From Cladosporium halotolerans (Eukaryota), in contig NW_027191479.1 in the NCBI RefSeq assembly GCF_011745625.1, positions 62,001-126,000 on the forward strand: a stretch of DNA of 64,000 bases. The letters are read 5' to 3'. Shown here piece by piece: positions 47,411-59,968 of the stretch; the first letter of the stretch is position 1; every line of letters begins with the position of its first letter. A program made the position numbers and the translations under genes. The notes under the pieces were generated by a model. That model was not told the origin of the DNA. It saw nothing but the letters and a program-made list of their open reading frames with translations, and ran no database searches.

Positions 47411-50400
47411 ATGCCTGGCCGTGTCGCTCGCGGCGGCACTCGCTCGACCAGAACATCCACACGCAACAGCTCTCCAACCACGGAAGTACCAGATGAGGGC
47501 GCCGACACAAGCCTCAGACGTGCGATCTGCGCGGTCTTTGGCGACTCGCAGAAGTCAACTGCTGGCCACAGGAAATGCGTGATCAGCTTGCGCAAGATCC
47601 AAGAGGCGTGCTGCTACGAGCCAATAAACCAAAAGCAAGGGAAGCAGGACGAGGAGTTCGAAGAGGAGGATTTCAACAATGAGTTCGTGAGGTGTACTCT
47701 ACGCATCATGGCTGTCAAGAAGTCGGAGCCTGCGGGAGACCGCGTCGTTCGCTTTCTGGGAACGTTCCTGAACGTCGCGAGCCAGAAAGACAATGAGCTG
47801 ATGAGCCAGGATGACCCGGAAGAGACGAGTGTGCCAGAGACACCAACGAGCAGACTCACGACGAAAATGCTGAGCACACTTCTGCCACTGCTACAGGTGA
47901 AGGATAAGACGATTCGCTTCCGCGCGACTCAAATGACGAGCCACATCATCAACAGCTTGGACTCGCTGGACGACAACCTGTTTCACCAACTGAGGCTGAA
48001 CCTCCTTAAGCGCATTCATGACAAGGAAGCACCCGTCAGGCTTCAAGCCGTCTACGGACTTGGACGGCTTGCAGCAGAGGTGGAAGACGACGAGCAAGAT
48101 GAGGACAGCGACTCCGACAACGAGAGCGGCCACGGAGTCCTGGTGAAGCTGCTTGATATCCTTCAGAACGACCCTGCTGCGGAAGTGCGACGAAACCTCT
48201 TGCTCAATCTTCCCTTGACGAAGGAAGTGCTGCCTTATCTACTGGAGAGGGCACGAGATCTGGACGGCGCGACTCGTAGAGCGCTCTATGCGCGGTTGCT
48301 ACCCGCCTTGGGTGATTTCAGACACCTCAGCTTGACACACCGCGAGAAACTGCTACGGTGGGGTCTGCGTGACCGTGATGAAAAAGTGCGAGAGGCGACT
48401 GCGCGATTGTTCAGAGAGCGCTGGATTGAAGACTGCGCGGCTCTTCCTGCCGACCAAGCTGCTGAGGGTGAGGAGGCGCAAGGACAGAAGGACAACCAAG
48501 CTGCCGATCCGTCGCTTGATGCTCTACTGGAGTTGCTCGAGCGTATCGACATCATCAACTCAGGTGGTGAGAACGGCATTGCACAGATCGCCATGAAGCA
48601 CTTCTGGGAGGGCAGGCCCGACTACGTCGATTATGTCAGCTTTCCCGACTCGTTCTGGGAGGACCTCACGCCTGAGCTGGCGTTCGTCGCACGCACGTTC
48701 AACGATTTCTGCAGATCATCCGGCAAGGAGGATGGCTACAATGGTCCCCGCGCTCTCGATGTGCTGGTCGAGGAGAAGCTGCCTGAAGTCACCAAATTTG
48801 GGTTTCTTCTTGAGCGCGAGCTGAACAAGCTTACCGAAACGATTAGGGAGGCGGCGACAGAGCAAGACGAGGAGGCAGACGAAGACTCAGTACAGAGAGA
48901 GTTCATTGTCGAGCAAATGCTGCACATGGCTCTGACATTTGACTACTCTGACGAAGTTGGCCGTCGCAAGATGTTCAGTCTTATGCGCGAAGCACTCGCT
49001 TTGCCAGAGCTGCCCGAAGAATCAACAAGGATGGTCGTCGAGGTATTACGACTTGTATGCGGCGAAGACGCGAAAGGCCAGAAAGAATTCTGTCAAATCG
49101 TGCTTGAGGCCGTTGCCGACGTCCATGACACGATCATGGGCGATGGAGACGCAAACGACGACCCTGACAGCACCGAAGAATCCTTCCACTCGGCTACCTC
49201 GCATTTCGATGGCGAGGACGGTACTCCCCAACAGAAGAGATCTAAGAAGTCTAAGAAGTCTACAGAGGAGGATGTTGAGGCGAGCGAAGAGGCAGACGAG
49301 GACAAAGCGGTCCGTGAGATCATGGTCAACATGAAGTGTTTGCACATTGCTCAGTGCATGCTTCAGAACGTCCATTGCGATCTTGAAGACAACGCGCACC
49401 TCGTGATGATGCTGAACAACCTCGTTGTCCCAGCCGTGAGGAGTCAGGAAGCGCCAATTCGCGAGAGAGGGCTGGTTTGTTTGGGTCTTTGCTGCGTCCT
49501 TGGAAAGGTGAGTCTCGCAATAACCCTACGCAAGCTGCGTGAATCAACAAAACCTGACGACATTCAGAACCTGGCAGAGGAGAACCTGACCCTTTTCCTG
49601 CACTGCTTTCTCAAGGGCCACCCTGCCTTGCAGACCATTGCTTTGCAGATCATTACTGATATTGTCATCACACATCCAACACTGCTTGCGGAGCCGGCCA
49701 ACGAGGAAGAGGAGAATCCACTGATCAAGCCAATCCTCAAGGCGTACTCCCGATCGATCAAGTCTGGTGACCCTGCGGTGCAGTCGACAGGCGCCACTGC
49801 TTTGTCGAAAGCCATGCTCAGCCGCCTGATCACGGATACTGATCTCCTCAAACAGCTTGTTGTCGCTTACTTCGACCCGGACACCGCTGACAATGCGCAC
49901 CTTCGCCAAAGTCTCAGCTACTTCATACCAGTGTACTGCCACTCTCGAGCTGATAACGCCACCCGCATGGTTTCGGTTGCGTGCTCTGCGATTGCCAAGC
50001 TGGCGACTATCAGAGAAGCTTTCCTTGAAGAAGTGGCTGATGCCGAAGAAGAGGAAGATGGCATGGTTAAGCTGAGTGCCGTCGGCAACATGCTTCTCGA
50101 CTGGACCGATCCAAGGAAGATCTTTGGTTTCGCAGAGGCTGCGGGGGCTGCTGGTGCCGCGGACGGCGCAGGCGAGACGCACTACCTGTTTGCCGAGTCA
50201 ATCCTCGAGCGCCTCGTTACCAGCCAGGTGTCTAAGGAGGAGAAGAAGGTTCTGTTCTCCGTTCTTGGCCGTCTACACATGCCCCAGGGAGGTTGTGATG
50301 GCGAACGTCTGAAGTCGATTCTGGAGCTGTTGACAGAGGCTGTGGACACGAAGGTCGCGACAGATGCGACAAGTCGCAATGTGCTTTCGAAGCTACAGAC

Positions 50401-50770
50401 ACAGCTTCTCAAGCTTATGCACGATGTCATGACTCTCGAGCGTGGTGGCGGTGGCGCAGAGGAGACGGTAGTTGAGTCTACTGAAGTCGCCCCTGCAGAG
50501 ATGGAGGACGAGACAGATACCACAACTGCCGGCGCTCGAGCTGGTGCAGAAGCGACAGAGGTTGAGAGCTCGGTCGCGGACGGTACCGCTAATGATGAAG
50601 ACGAGGATGATACCGAATCGGAAGACGCGGATGTTACCCAATTGCGGACGGAGATGCGAGACACTACCCTGGGTATTGGTGGCACTGCCATCGGCGCGCC
50701 CGACGCTGAGGGTACCAGGGTAATGGACGAGGACTCGGAGATGATGGATGCGATGGACACGACGGACTAA
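47411..50770 (+). CDS. YCG1: Condensin non-SMC HEAT subunit G (Ycg1/Cnd3)
   Basis: QKSTAGHRK, KDKTIRFRATQ, NDPAAEVRR, LLERARD, WGLRDRD, DYSDEVGRRKM, LRQSLSYFIPVYCHS; 60-nt in-frame intron 49508-49567. Confidence 0.93.
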   Translation: MPGRVARGGTRSTRTSTRNSSPTTEVPDEGADTSLRRAICAVFGDSQKSTAGHRKCVISLRKIQEACCYEPINQKQGKQDEEFEEEDFNNEFVRCTLRIMAVKKSEPAGDRVVRFLGTFLNVASQKDNELMSQDDPEETSVPETPTSRLTTKMLSTLLPLLQVKDKTIRFRATQMTSHIINSLDSLDDNLFHQLRLNLLKRIHDKEAPVRLQAVYGLGRLAAEVEDDEQDEDSDSDNESGHGVLVKLLDILQNDPAAEVRRNLLLNLPLTKEVLPYLLERARDLDGATRRALYARLLPALGDFRHLSLTHREKLLRWGLRDRDEKVREATARLFRERWIEDCAALPADQAAEGEEAQGQKDNQAADPSLDALLELLERIDIINSGGENGIAQIAMKHFWEGRPDYVDYVSFPDSFWEDLTPELAFVARTFNDFCRSSGKEDGYNGPRALDVLVEEKLPEVTKFGFLLERELNKLTETIREAATEQDEEADEDSVQREFIVEQMLHMALTFDYSDEVGRRKMFSLMREALALPELPEESTRMVVEVLRLVCGEDAKGQKEFCQIVLEAVADVHDTIMGDGDANDDPDSTEESFHSATSHFDGEDGTPQQKRSKKSKKSTEEDVEASEEADEDKAVREIMVNMKCLHIAQCMLQNVHCDLEDNAHLVMMLNNLVVPAVRSQEAPIRERGLVCLGLCCVLGKVSLAITLRKLRESTKPDDIQNLAEENLTLFLHCFLKGHPALQTIALQIITDIVITHPTLLAEPANEEEENPLIKPILKAYSRSIKSGDPAVQSTGATALSKAMLSRLITDTDLLKQLVVAYFDPDTADNAHLRQSLSYFIPVYCHSRADNATRMVSVACSAIAKLATIREAFLEEVADAEEEEDGMVKLSAVGNMLLDWTDPRKIFGFAEAAGAAGAADGAGETHYLFAESILERLVTSQVSKEEKKVLFSVLGRLHMPQGGCDGERLKSILELLTEAVDTKVATDATSRNVLSKLQTQLLKLMHDVMTLERGGGGAEETVVESTEVAPAEMEDETDTTTAGARAGAEATEVESSVADGTANDEDEDDTESEDADVTQLRTEMRDTTLGIGGTAIGAPDAEGTRVMDEDSEMMDAMDTTD

Positions 50771-51359
50771 GATGGTGGTCGAATCGGCGTTCGGTGGGCT
50801 CCGCGAGTTTCCTCTTTCCCTCGCACTTTTTCTTGTTCTTCTTTACTTTTATGTTGATACCAGAATCTCGTAGTTCTTCATGTCTCTAATTGACCTGTCA
50901 TCTCGTTCCTCGGCGTGTTTCTTGATCGGGGTGCTTGGTCTCAGTACCCATGCTCACTACGAAGGGCCAAGCCTCGCCTAATAGATGCATGGTTAGGGTT
51001 GGAGATCAACTCTGGCGGGCCCGGCGGGGCCTCAGTTACATAACTCGACATGATTGTCGATATACTCCCATTCGTGGAACTTAGAGTGCAGTTGTCAATC
51101 CTTAGCGGTCGAGACCAGCGGCCACACCGGACATGGCCCTAATGGGAGGGGTATTCCAGCAATTGCATGGAATATCGAGGCCGCCGTTTCATTTATAAGA
51201 CGCTCGGCTACTCTGTACTTGGACGCCGGCAGATACTCAAGCGGGAACTGCATATTGCGAGCGAGCTTCAACATCAAATATACTGTGTGCCAGCTCAAAC
51301 AGAATGGTAGGTCCCCGCTCGTCGTACACAACGGCTTCTATCGACAGTGCCCAAGCACA

Positions 51360-53412
51360 ATGTTCTCATCCTTTCCAAGAGCGTTCTTAACGTTGCTACC
51401 AATCATTGGACTATCCGTCGCTCTTGAGAAGCATGATTTGAGAGCCGTGAATGCAGAATATGACTACATTGTTGTGGGTGGCGGTGTGAGCGGCCTCGTG
51501 GTCGCAAACAGGCTGAGTGAAGACTCGAAAAGTAGGGATACCTCAGTCGAGGCATATCGCAGTCCTGCTAACGAAGAGTGATCAGAGACTGTCCTGGTTG
51601 TCGAGTATGGTGAAGTGCCCAATAGCCTCAATACTTCGGTACCCGGCCTCGTCTTGCGAACCGACCAATCTGCCCGAACATGGGCGTATCCTTCGACGCC
51701 GCAAGTGCACCTCGCCAACCGTTCGATTGCTTTGCCAGTTGGTAGTGCTGTTGGCGGAGGATCTGTCATCAATGGCATGGCATATACTCGAGGTTCGGCA
51801 GCTGACTACGACTTGTGGGAATCCCTGGGTAATTTTGGCTGGAACTGGAATAAGTTGTTCGGATACTTTCGCAAGTCGACGAAGTTTACGCCTCCTGCAC
51901 AAGAGTTCATCGACCGCTACGGATATGAGTGGACGCCTGATGTCTATGAGGATGGTCCCTTGCAGGTGGGATTCGCCTCATGGCAATGGCCTGCCGCGAG
52001 TAAATTCTCTCATTGAAATCGTTCTTTGTTGTGCACAAGATGGCTGACGATCAGAATAGAGCTTGAAGCAAAAGCCTGGATGTCGGACCTGAACGCGCCT
52101 AGTCCACGGGAGGGCGCAGATGGCAACCACAATGGCCTCATCTGGGTAGCCCAGACCGTCAGTGGCATTACTGGAAACCGGTCGTCGGCGACGGCAGCTT
52201 ACTACCAGCCTATCGCTAATCGCACGAACTTGCATCTCCTTGTCAGGCACTTCGGACATAAGATCATGTTCGAAGGTAACAGCACGTCCGCCAAGGGCGT
52301 AATAGTCGGCTCTCGAGACTCGGCCAACGACACTGGATTCATCGCTTCGCACAACGTGATACTCGCAGCAGGGGCTGTGAATACGCCGCGCTTGCTGCAA
52401 CTGAGTGGCATTGGCCCGTCCAAGCTACTCAGTTCTCTTGGTATTAACGTTGTTGCTGATGCACCAGGTGTTGGTGCAAACTTTCAAGATCATCCGGCCC
52501 TCTATACAAGCTTCACGTGTAAGTCCGTCCCCGAAGAAGATATTCAAAGAGAAGACGTCGGAAGCCGTAATAGTCGCATCGAGTAACAATCAGCCTACAG
52601 ATCAAAATGAAACAGGTGTGACGCCCGCGGCCATGAATGACCAGGACTTCTATGACGCCGCTTGGGAGGAGTATACCGTCAACCGAACTGGACCATTCAC
52701 CTTCGGAATGTCCAGCCGCGTCGTTTTCGAATCCTTGAAAGATCTCGATCCAGATTTTGAGACGCTCGCGGGAAGTCTGTCATCGTTCGATCACTTGGAT
52801 CACCTGCCTCCAATATACAAGGAGAGCGAAGTCTTGAGTGAAGGCTACAAGCTGCAGCTCGAAGCTCTCCAGCAACAATTTCGGGATCCGAGCGCTGCTG
52901 TGGTGGAAATTGCCTTTGGCGGCGGCGGCGCTGTCACTGTTGCTTTGCAGAAGCCATTGTCCAGAGGCACGATTATGATCAACAGCACCGACCCAGATCC
53001 TTCTCGACCACCGTTACTCAACTTCAATGCTGGAGCCAACCCCGTCGATATAAAGATCGCTATTCTCGCCATACGTAAGGTGCGAGATTTCATGAGTGCG
53101 GAGAGTCTTAGTTCGCTGCAGCCTGTAGAGGTCGTTCCAGGAGCAGATATACAGACAGACGAGGAGTTGGAGGCGACCATGCGTGCATCTCTGTACCTTC
53201 CTAGTTTTGCACACCCTGTTGGTACAGCAGCGATGATGCCACGAGAACTGGGCGGCGTTGTTGACACTGACTTGCGAGTGTACGGTACTGAAGGACTCTT
53301 CGTGGTGGATGCGAGTATTATGCCGATTCTCCCGGCTGGCCATACTCAAGCCACTGTGTATGCCGTCGCTGAGGCGGCAGCAGATATCATCAAGCAAGTT
53401 GCTGATGTCTGA
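51360..53412 (+). CDS. Secreted GMC oxidoreductase (AA3_2, aryl-alcohol/glucose oxidase-like)
   Basis: Signal peptide, YDYIVVGGGVSGLVVANRLSE, GGGSVINGMAYTRG, AAGAVNTPRLLQLSGIG, NFQDH, HPVGTAAM, VVDASIMP..GHTQATVY; introns 51532-51585, 52000-52059 and one from 52519 (acceptor ambiguous). Confidence 0.92.
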
Positions 53413-53875
53413 GTGTTCATGATTGGAAAAGATCGAGTCAGAATCAGCTTCCAAGTTGGATGACCCTACTTTTCGTATAGCTGTGTCAATCCAAAATACT
53501 ATAGCTTGACATATCGTTGATACTATGAACATGGTACCGGAATTGACGCACGATGTACTTCCGGCCAGATGGTCCAGTGCCATTCGGCTCTGTAGATTTA
53601 AAGAAGAAAGATAAATACTCACCTCTGCCGATTAACAGTACGATTGTCTGCGTAGATTGCATCCCATCTGACTGATGCCTGAGGTGAGAATATGCACAAA
53701 TATGCTGATACACAGACTTTGCTCAAAGCCTAATGTTTAATGAGTATGCATCCTCGTAAGGCTTGCAAACCACGTCCCCCGTTGCCCAAAACGAAGAGCT
53801 TCCCACCAAAAACGCCATCGCTATGATCCAAAATCAAACATGTCAGGTGCCACTTATTTTAGAGAAGTCAGCGTA

Positions 53876-55465
53876 CTACCTCCTTCCGCCGGGGGCTCCA
53901 CCACCGCCAAACATGTTCATCATCTGGCTCATGTCGGGCATGCCGCCGCCTCCTCTTCCACCGCCGCCCATCATGTTCATAAGCGAGCTCATGTCGGGCA
54001 TACCTCCACCTCCGCCACCTCCCATCATGTTCATCAGACTGCTCATGTCGGGCATGCCGCCACGACCAGCACCACCCATGCTCTGCATCTTCTTCTGCAA
54101 GGCGGCCATCTGTTGCTGCTTGTTGCCACCGCCCATCGCAGCCTTGGCCTTCTGTGCGTTGCCGGCCATGCCCTTCATGTTCTTGGCCATGTGGGCCATC
54201 GTCCTCTGCTGGGTCAGGAGCTCCTCGACTTCGCGAACTGATGTGCCGGAACCGCGGGCGACTCTCGTCATGCGCGTGGGCTGCTCGACGAAGATCTTTC
54301 CATCCGAGTCAAGTTCCTTGAGGGTCATGGAGTCGCAGATGTAGACCATGCGCTTGAGTTTGCCACTGGCGTCATCGTCATCCATGCCTGCCATCATGCC
54401 GCTGAGACCGGGGATCATGCCTGCCATCTTCGACAAAGGACCCATCTTCATGATGTTCTGCAGCTGATCCCTCAAGTCGCGAACGGTGAATTTGCCTTCG
54501 GTGATGTTCTTCATGGTTTCCTTTTGGTCAAGCTTCAAGCTCTGTACGTGATCGACCAGGCCTTGCATGTCGCCCATGCCGAGAAGCTTCGAGACGAAAG
54601 ACTCAGGGTTGAATTTCTCCATGTCCAGCAGGTGCTCACCAGTACCGATGAAGACAATGGGAGTGTGCGTGGCTGCTACTGCAGAGATGGCACCACCACC
54701 TGCTGCCGCACCGTCGGTCTTTGTGATGATGATGGCTCCGAAGTCTGCGGCGTCCTTGAAAGCCCTACTTTGCGCCTCAGCAGCCTGACCGATCGACGCG
54801 TCCAGAACCATGACCGTCTGCTGCGGCTTGACAGCAGCCTGAATATCCTGCATCTCTGAGAACAGAGCCTCCTCCTGGTGATGCCTACCAGAGGTATCAA
54901 CAATAATAATCTCGAACTTCTCCTTCTTGAACTTCTCCACACCATCTCTAGCCACAACCACAGGATCCGTCTGTGTAAGCGAACCATAGTAGGGAATCTT
55001 CGCTTTCGTGGCGTTCTGCTTCAGCTGGTCAAAAGCACCAGCTCGGAAGGTATCCGCGCAAACCAAGCAAGTCTTGAATCCTCGCGCCTGGTACCACCTC
55101 GCCAGCTTCGTACACGTCGTTGTCTTACCCGCACCCTGCAGACCGACGAACATGATGACATTGCTCTTGCCCTTCTTGGGGTTGTACGGCGTCTGGTGTG
55201 GGTTGACGATGTCGACGAGCGCGTCGAAGACGGCCTTTTGAATTATGCGCTTCTTGTTCACGTGCGCCGGCAGTTCGTTGAACTTCACCGCTGTCTTGAT
55301 CTGTTTCCGCAGCGAGCTGACAAGCTTGATGTTTACGTCGGCTTCCACGAGCGCGTTGCTGATCTCCTTGATCATGCCATCGAAGGCTTTCTCGTCGAGC
55401 GTGGCGGAGCGGGTGAGGTCGTTGACGGCGGAATTGATGCGCCGCCCTAGATCGGAGAGCACCAT
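53876..55465 (-). CDS. SRP54: Signal recognition particle 54 kDa subunit
   Basis: [31 protein letters not shown], Met-rich M domain with RVARGSG. Confidence 0.97.
   Translation of the reverse strand: MVLSDLGRRINSAVNDLTRSATLDEKAFDGMIKEISNALVEADVNIKLVSSLRKQIKTAVKFNELPAHVNKKRIIQKAVFDALVDIVNPHQTPYNPKKGKSNVIMFVGLQGAGKTTTCTKLARWYQARGFKTCLVCADTFRAGAFDQLKQNATKAKIPYYGSLTQTDPVVVARDGVEKFKKEKFEIIIVDTSGRHHQEEALFSEMQDIQAAVKPQQTVMVLDASIGQAAEAQSRAFKDAADFGAIIITKTDGAAAGGGAISAVAATHTPIVFIGTGEHLLDMEKFNPESFVSKLLGMGDMQGLVDHVQSLKLDQKETMKNITEGKFTVRDLRDQLQNIMKMGPLSKMAGMIPGLSGMMAGMDDDDASGKLKRMVYICDSMTLKELDSDGKIFVEQPTRMTRVARGSGTSVREVEELLTQQRTMAHMAKNMKGMAGNAQKAKAAMGGGNKQQQMAALQKKMQSMGGAGRGGMPDMSSLMNMMGGGGGGGMPDMSSLMNMMGGGGRGGGGMPDMSQMMNMFGGGGAPGGRR
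53905..54060 (-). repeat. Three tandem GMPDMS(S/Q)(L/M)MNM(M/F)GGGG repeats in the SRP54 C-terminus
   Basis: Three copies of ctcatgtcgggcat with catgttcat. Confidence 0.85.
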
Positions 55466-55773
55466 GGTTGCGGTTTGCGAAAGTTGTCCAGGGAGAAGGG
55501 CGCAGGCGTAGCAGTTGGAGGGTTTGGGTCAGTCAGACAAGTCCCAGGTCTGTGTCCAACAGTCGCGCAATCGAGACCAGCCAGCAATTGACAGCAAGTG
55601 AATTAACGAACCCCACAGCGCGGGGAATGGTGGCAGACGGGAATGGCCGACGGAAAGCTTCCGCGTTGCCGACCTAATTTTTGGTCTGCAGAAGTCCAAA
55701 TGCGCTGCTTTGCGGGTGGAAGCCCGACATTTTCCAACAAATACTTGCATACATTTGCAAAACACAGCTCATA

Positions 55774-56799
55774 ATGGCACCGGCACCGCCAAAGCGAAGG
55801 AGGATCGAAGACGAAGTGCGACCCAAAAAGAAAAAGATTCGCGTCTCGAAGCACAAACTCGACCAATATCACAGTTCCTCTGAGGACGAAGGCGAGGACG
55901 CCGCGACAACATCTAATGCCACACCACTCGGAGCGCGAGGATCTTCGAAGGCCAGCAAAGCAGCTGCGCAACCGGAGAAGGAGACTGCGCAACCTAGCAA
56001 GTCGGCAAAACCCAAAGGCACACCCGTGAAGCCTATCTTGAAGCACACTCTTCCCGCCAAGTCGCAAAAGGCAGCGCCCGCGAGCGACAGCGAAGATGAA
56101 GAGGAAGACGACGAGGATGATGTCAATGACACAGCGACCAACACAGCGCTGAACGCAGCACCATTAGTAGAGGAGAGCGACGCAGACGAGGACATGGATA
56201 TGGACGAGCCTGAAACGGGCGAGAGCAGCGAAGACGAGGACGAGAACGATGAGCCGGAGCTTGACTCGGATCTGGAGTCAGAGACCTCCATGAGCTCGAG
56301 TAATGCGGCCGCGGAAAAGAAGAAGCGCAATGACCCCAATGCTTTCGCAACGAGCATGTCGAAGATTCTCGACACGAAACTCAGTACAGCAAAGCGATCC
56401 GACCCGGTTCTGAGTAGATCAAAATCGGCTGCGGACGCGAACAAATCACTGGCGGACTCAAAGCTGGAGTCAAAGGCTCGCGCACAGATCAAGACTGAGA
56501 AGAGGGCTTTGCTCGAGAAGGGCCGCGTGAAGGACGTGCTTGGACTGGAGAACGAGAATGTGGCTACCGGTGCAGTAATGGAAGAGGAGAAGAGGCTGAA
56601 GAAGACGGCACAGAGAGGTGTGGTCAAGCTTTTCAACGCCGTCAGAGCTGCCCAGGTCAAGGCCGAGGGCGCTATGAAGGCGGCGAAGCAGGAGGGTGTC
56701 GTGGGACTGGGCAAGAGAGAGGAAAGGATGAATGAGATGAGCAAGCAGGGTTTCTTGGATCTGATCTCGAGTGGCGGCAAGCCCACTGCGGCAGCATAG
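55774..56799 (+). CDS. RRP15: Ribosomal RNA-processing protein 15
   Basis: Acidic N-terminal half; AFATSMSKIL..KL...DPVLSRSK, EKRLKKTAQRGVVKLFNAVRAAQ, SKQGFLDLI. Confidence 0.9.
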   Translation: MAPAPPKRRRIEDEVRPKKKKIRVSKHKLDQYHSSSEDEGEDAATTSNATPLGARGSSKASKAAAQPEKETAQPSKSAKPKGTPVKPILKHTLPAKSQKAAPASDSEDEEEDDEDDVNDTATNTALNAAPLVEESDADEDMDMDEPETGESSEDEDENDEPELDSDLESETSMSSSNAAAEKKKRNDPNAFATSMSKILDTKLSTAKRSDPVLSRSKSAADANKSLADSKLESKARAQIKTEKRALLEKGRVKDVLGLENENVATGAVMEEEKRLKKTAQRGVVKLFNAVRAAQVKAEGAMKAAKQEGVVGLGKREERMNEMSKQGFLDLISSGGKPTAAA

Positions 56800-57047
56800 A
56801 AGCGTTATCATCGCTAAACCGAAAGGCACACTGTATATTGGAAGGCAAAGCGCCTCAGGAGTCTGGTGTAAGAATTCAAGGCCGTATTCACATTCTGTCA
56901 AAATTCGACGCGATCGCTATGCATCATAAAGCGAAGGTGCTCCCAAAATAATATCCCAAATCCAAAATCGCTCGCTGTGATCAAGCACGCTATCATACAA
57001 AAAGATGCTCCCATCTGGCTCATAAATCAAAGCCTATCGCAGTCTGC

Positions 57048-57393
57048 TTAAAGTCCAAGAGGGTTGTCGGCAGTCTGCCTGTTCCCACCGATTCTCTCGC
57101 CACCGGGAAGATCCTTGTCTTTCACGTTTTCCTTGTTGCCCTCCCATTTGTGGGCATTTTTTGCGACATTCTGAACGCGCTCCGCAGCCTCGCCGTGCGG
57201 CCCTCCGATGGCTCCTGTTACATGGCCGACGGTTGGTTTGAGACTCTTATCGAGGACTTGACCGATGGGGTCGCCGATGGTGCTCAAAAGACCCTGCAAT
57301 ATGGCGTTAGTAAGCCGTGTGCAAGGGAGCAGCTGAAACAGTCTTCCCTACCTTGTTCTGGTCGAGCGGACCGTCTGGGGCAATATCAGGCAT
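57048..57393 (-). CDS. Small Gly-rich hypothetical protein (95 aa)
   Basis: Exon 1 MPDIAPDGPLDQNK, intron 57294-57351 (GTAGGG..CTAAC..CAG), exon 2 GLLSTIGDPIGQVL...IGGNRQTADNPLGL*. Confidence 0.75.
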
Positions 57394-58581
57394 CTTGGTG
57401 GCGAACTATTTGTGCCGTGGTTTGGCCTGAGGGAAAGTTTCGTCTTCGAATAAGCCTTATCGGAGTGCAGCTTTTCTGGTATGTATGGACACTGCATAGG
57501 AACAACAGAGTTGCGGGCAGAATAAATACGTACTGCTGGCAGATCTACATAGCCGCCGCTTTCCCATCCCCCTTCTCCGTATGTACCTTACATTCGTACC
57601 GTCCGCGTGCCACAAATGACGAAACTTGAAGGCTTGGGGGGAAAACAAAGCCCCACTTCGCGCGAGGAATGAAGTCACCTGAACACAAATATAACATCAA
57701 GCTCATGCCCTAACAAGAGGTTCGCGGCCTTCTCTTTTAAACGTCCCTACTCGTCGGCGACTTTTGGGAGAGGACGAGTCCTTGCTCCTTATCAGAACAT
57801 GCACCGATGCATGTTTTCGAAAGGGTTATCGATTGAAATTCTGTCACGGGCAATCGGCACGCGGGGTGACGGGGTGTCTGCCGAGTGGGCTGTTTTGTCT
57901 AGACAGACCGGGGTGCCTTGTTTTTGAGTGACACAGACTGGCGATCACAACTCCTTTGCAAGCGAGGCGATTGCGAACTGATGGGTAACCATCGTCCAGG
58001 TGAGCATTCATCATTTCGCATTCTGCTGGCCCACGATGAGATCGACTCGACTTTGCCACTTGCCGAGCGGAGTAACCATGTTGGCCGACACATGACGTTT
58101 CGGATGTATTAATTGAGTCTACAGGACACATGCATTCCTTCAGCTTCATGTGGCACTTGACAAGCTGCTGGATTCTCCAATGAAAGACTACTATACCACA
58201 TGAGGCCAATCGACACTTGAGATTCGGATCATGACCGGAGCTCGAAGCAGTCTGCCGTTACATCCCTGCTTTTCGGGTTCGGCTGCTTAGTCGTGCAAGC
58301 ACTTCCATGGTAACACACAGCTGTTGAAGCTGTAGCTTCAGCCCGAGCTATGGTCTGATATATGGAGGAAGCCGGAATACGCCGCGCGGCGAGGGCACAT
58401 GATCTGGGCGATCGTCTTTGCAGTCTTGCGGACGCAGCCGCATGGGTGAATGTCACAAAATCAGTCAAACGAAGGTGGTGAGATGTATCCAATGCCAGAA
58501 TGATGTTGATGCTCATCTAGTCACATCTCTTCGAGCCCCAGGCGATCGGATCAGTCCTTTGGCTTGCATGTGAGAGTCGTC

Positions 58582-59459
58582 TCACTTCAAACCTCCCGAT
58601 AACAGTAAGCTTTGACCTGTCATGTAGCCAGTACGGCATAACATTGTCACCGCGTTTGCACACTCTTGCGTGCTGCCACTGCGTCCGACTGGGATGTTCG
58701 ATACATCTCCTGGCGTGCCTTTCAGCTGCTCTTCGGTCGCGATCATGCCTGTTCCAGTGATCATAGCTGGTGCAACATCATTGAATGTGATGCCGCTCTT
58801 GCCCATTTTGTTGGCGAGGTTCTTTGACAAACCTTGCACACCGGCTGCGATAATAGTAAGTGGCGGAGCATGATTTCTGAATTTCAGACGAACTTCACCT
58901 TTCGATGCACTGTAATGGCATCCATTGATGCTGGTTCCTCCAGCAGCAATCGATGAGATGTAGATCACCCTTCCCCAATGCTGTTCTTGCATGTGAGAAA
59001 CGGCAAGTTTGGTGATGATGAACGAGCTTCGAAGGTTGACATTGATCGTGTAATCCCATTCTTCGATGCTAATGTCCAGGATATTGCTTGTCCGTTTGCC
59101 GTAGCCTGCGTTGACTACCAGGATATCGGGATGCTGGCCATGCTGCTGTTTGACTTCATCGAACAGACGGCGAAGGTCTCCTTCCTTGCTGACGTCGCAT
59201 TGATGAGACGATATCTTCTTGCCCTCGGCTTGAGGTGTAAGCTCTTCCACCAGCTGATCTAGACTGGCTTTGTTGCTGCTGTATGTGAGGGCCAGGGAGG
59301 TGCCATTGGCAAATAAGTCTCTAGCACAGGCTGCACCGATGCTAAAATCACTGGTAAGGACGTATTCATATGCTCTTGTTGATGGGTGCTCTTATCTTAC
59401 CCACCTGAGGCACCAGTGATCAGTGCCAGCCTGCCTTTGATTTCGTTGTCGACCACCAT
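58582..59459 (-). CDS. Short-chain dehydrogenase/reductase (FabG-like)
   Basis: LITGASG|GIG, VNAG, YSASK|AG, NDVAPAMI..TGM; introns 59342-59400 and 58845-58898. Confidence 0.9.
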
Positions 59460-59968
59460 GATTGCTGCATCGGTCTTGCAAGAATGATCTCTCCCATTGT
59501 GTTTGTGCCATCGGCAACACCATGACCCCGCAAACAGTCCCCGAACTCGGCATGCCTGGCTCGGTGTTTGAAGCCCCGATGAATGCCCCAGGCATCAAAC
59601 CAGCGATTTATTCTTAGCAGCGAGCCGACGGCTCAAGCCGCGAGGCTGTGCAAACATAGCTCTGTCTTTCGCCCACTAAACGCCCAAACACCCCTCCATA
59701 CCATTCTGCAGTAACTACTTCGGCCTCAGGCACTTCTTTTATGTCGTGCAACACGCCGGTGGACTCGCAGAGGTTACAGATAATGTACAGTCATCACGGT
59801 GCATCGCCGGCAAGCTCTGCCGCGGCCGTGTCGGGCTAGCCAAGACCCAAGTGCCAGCCCTGAGGACTCGCACGGTTAGTGTTCGTGGGAGGACGCGTTG
59901 TCATCGTCCGCGACTGAAAACTCGTGCATTCCCTCTGCGCGCATCCCCTGCGCAGCGCGATACCAACC

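Noticed and set aside
49508..49567. Apparent 20-aa insertion VSLAITLRKLRESTKPDDIQ in Ycg1 (likewise in the SDR at 58845-58898 and the nuclease at 62956-63009)
   Set aside because: These are ordinary stop-free 3n introns with GT/branch/AG signals, not protein insertions or inteins.
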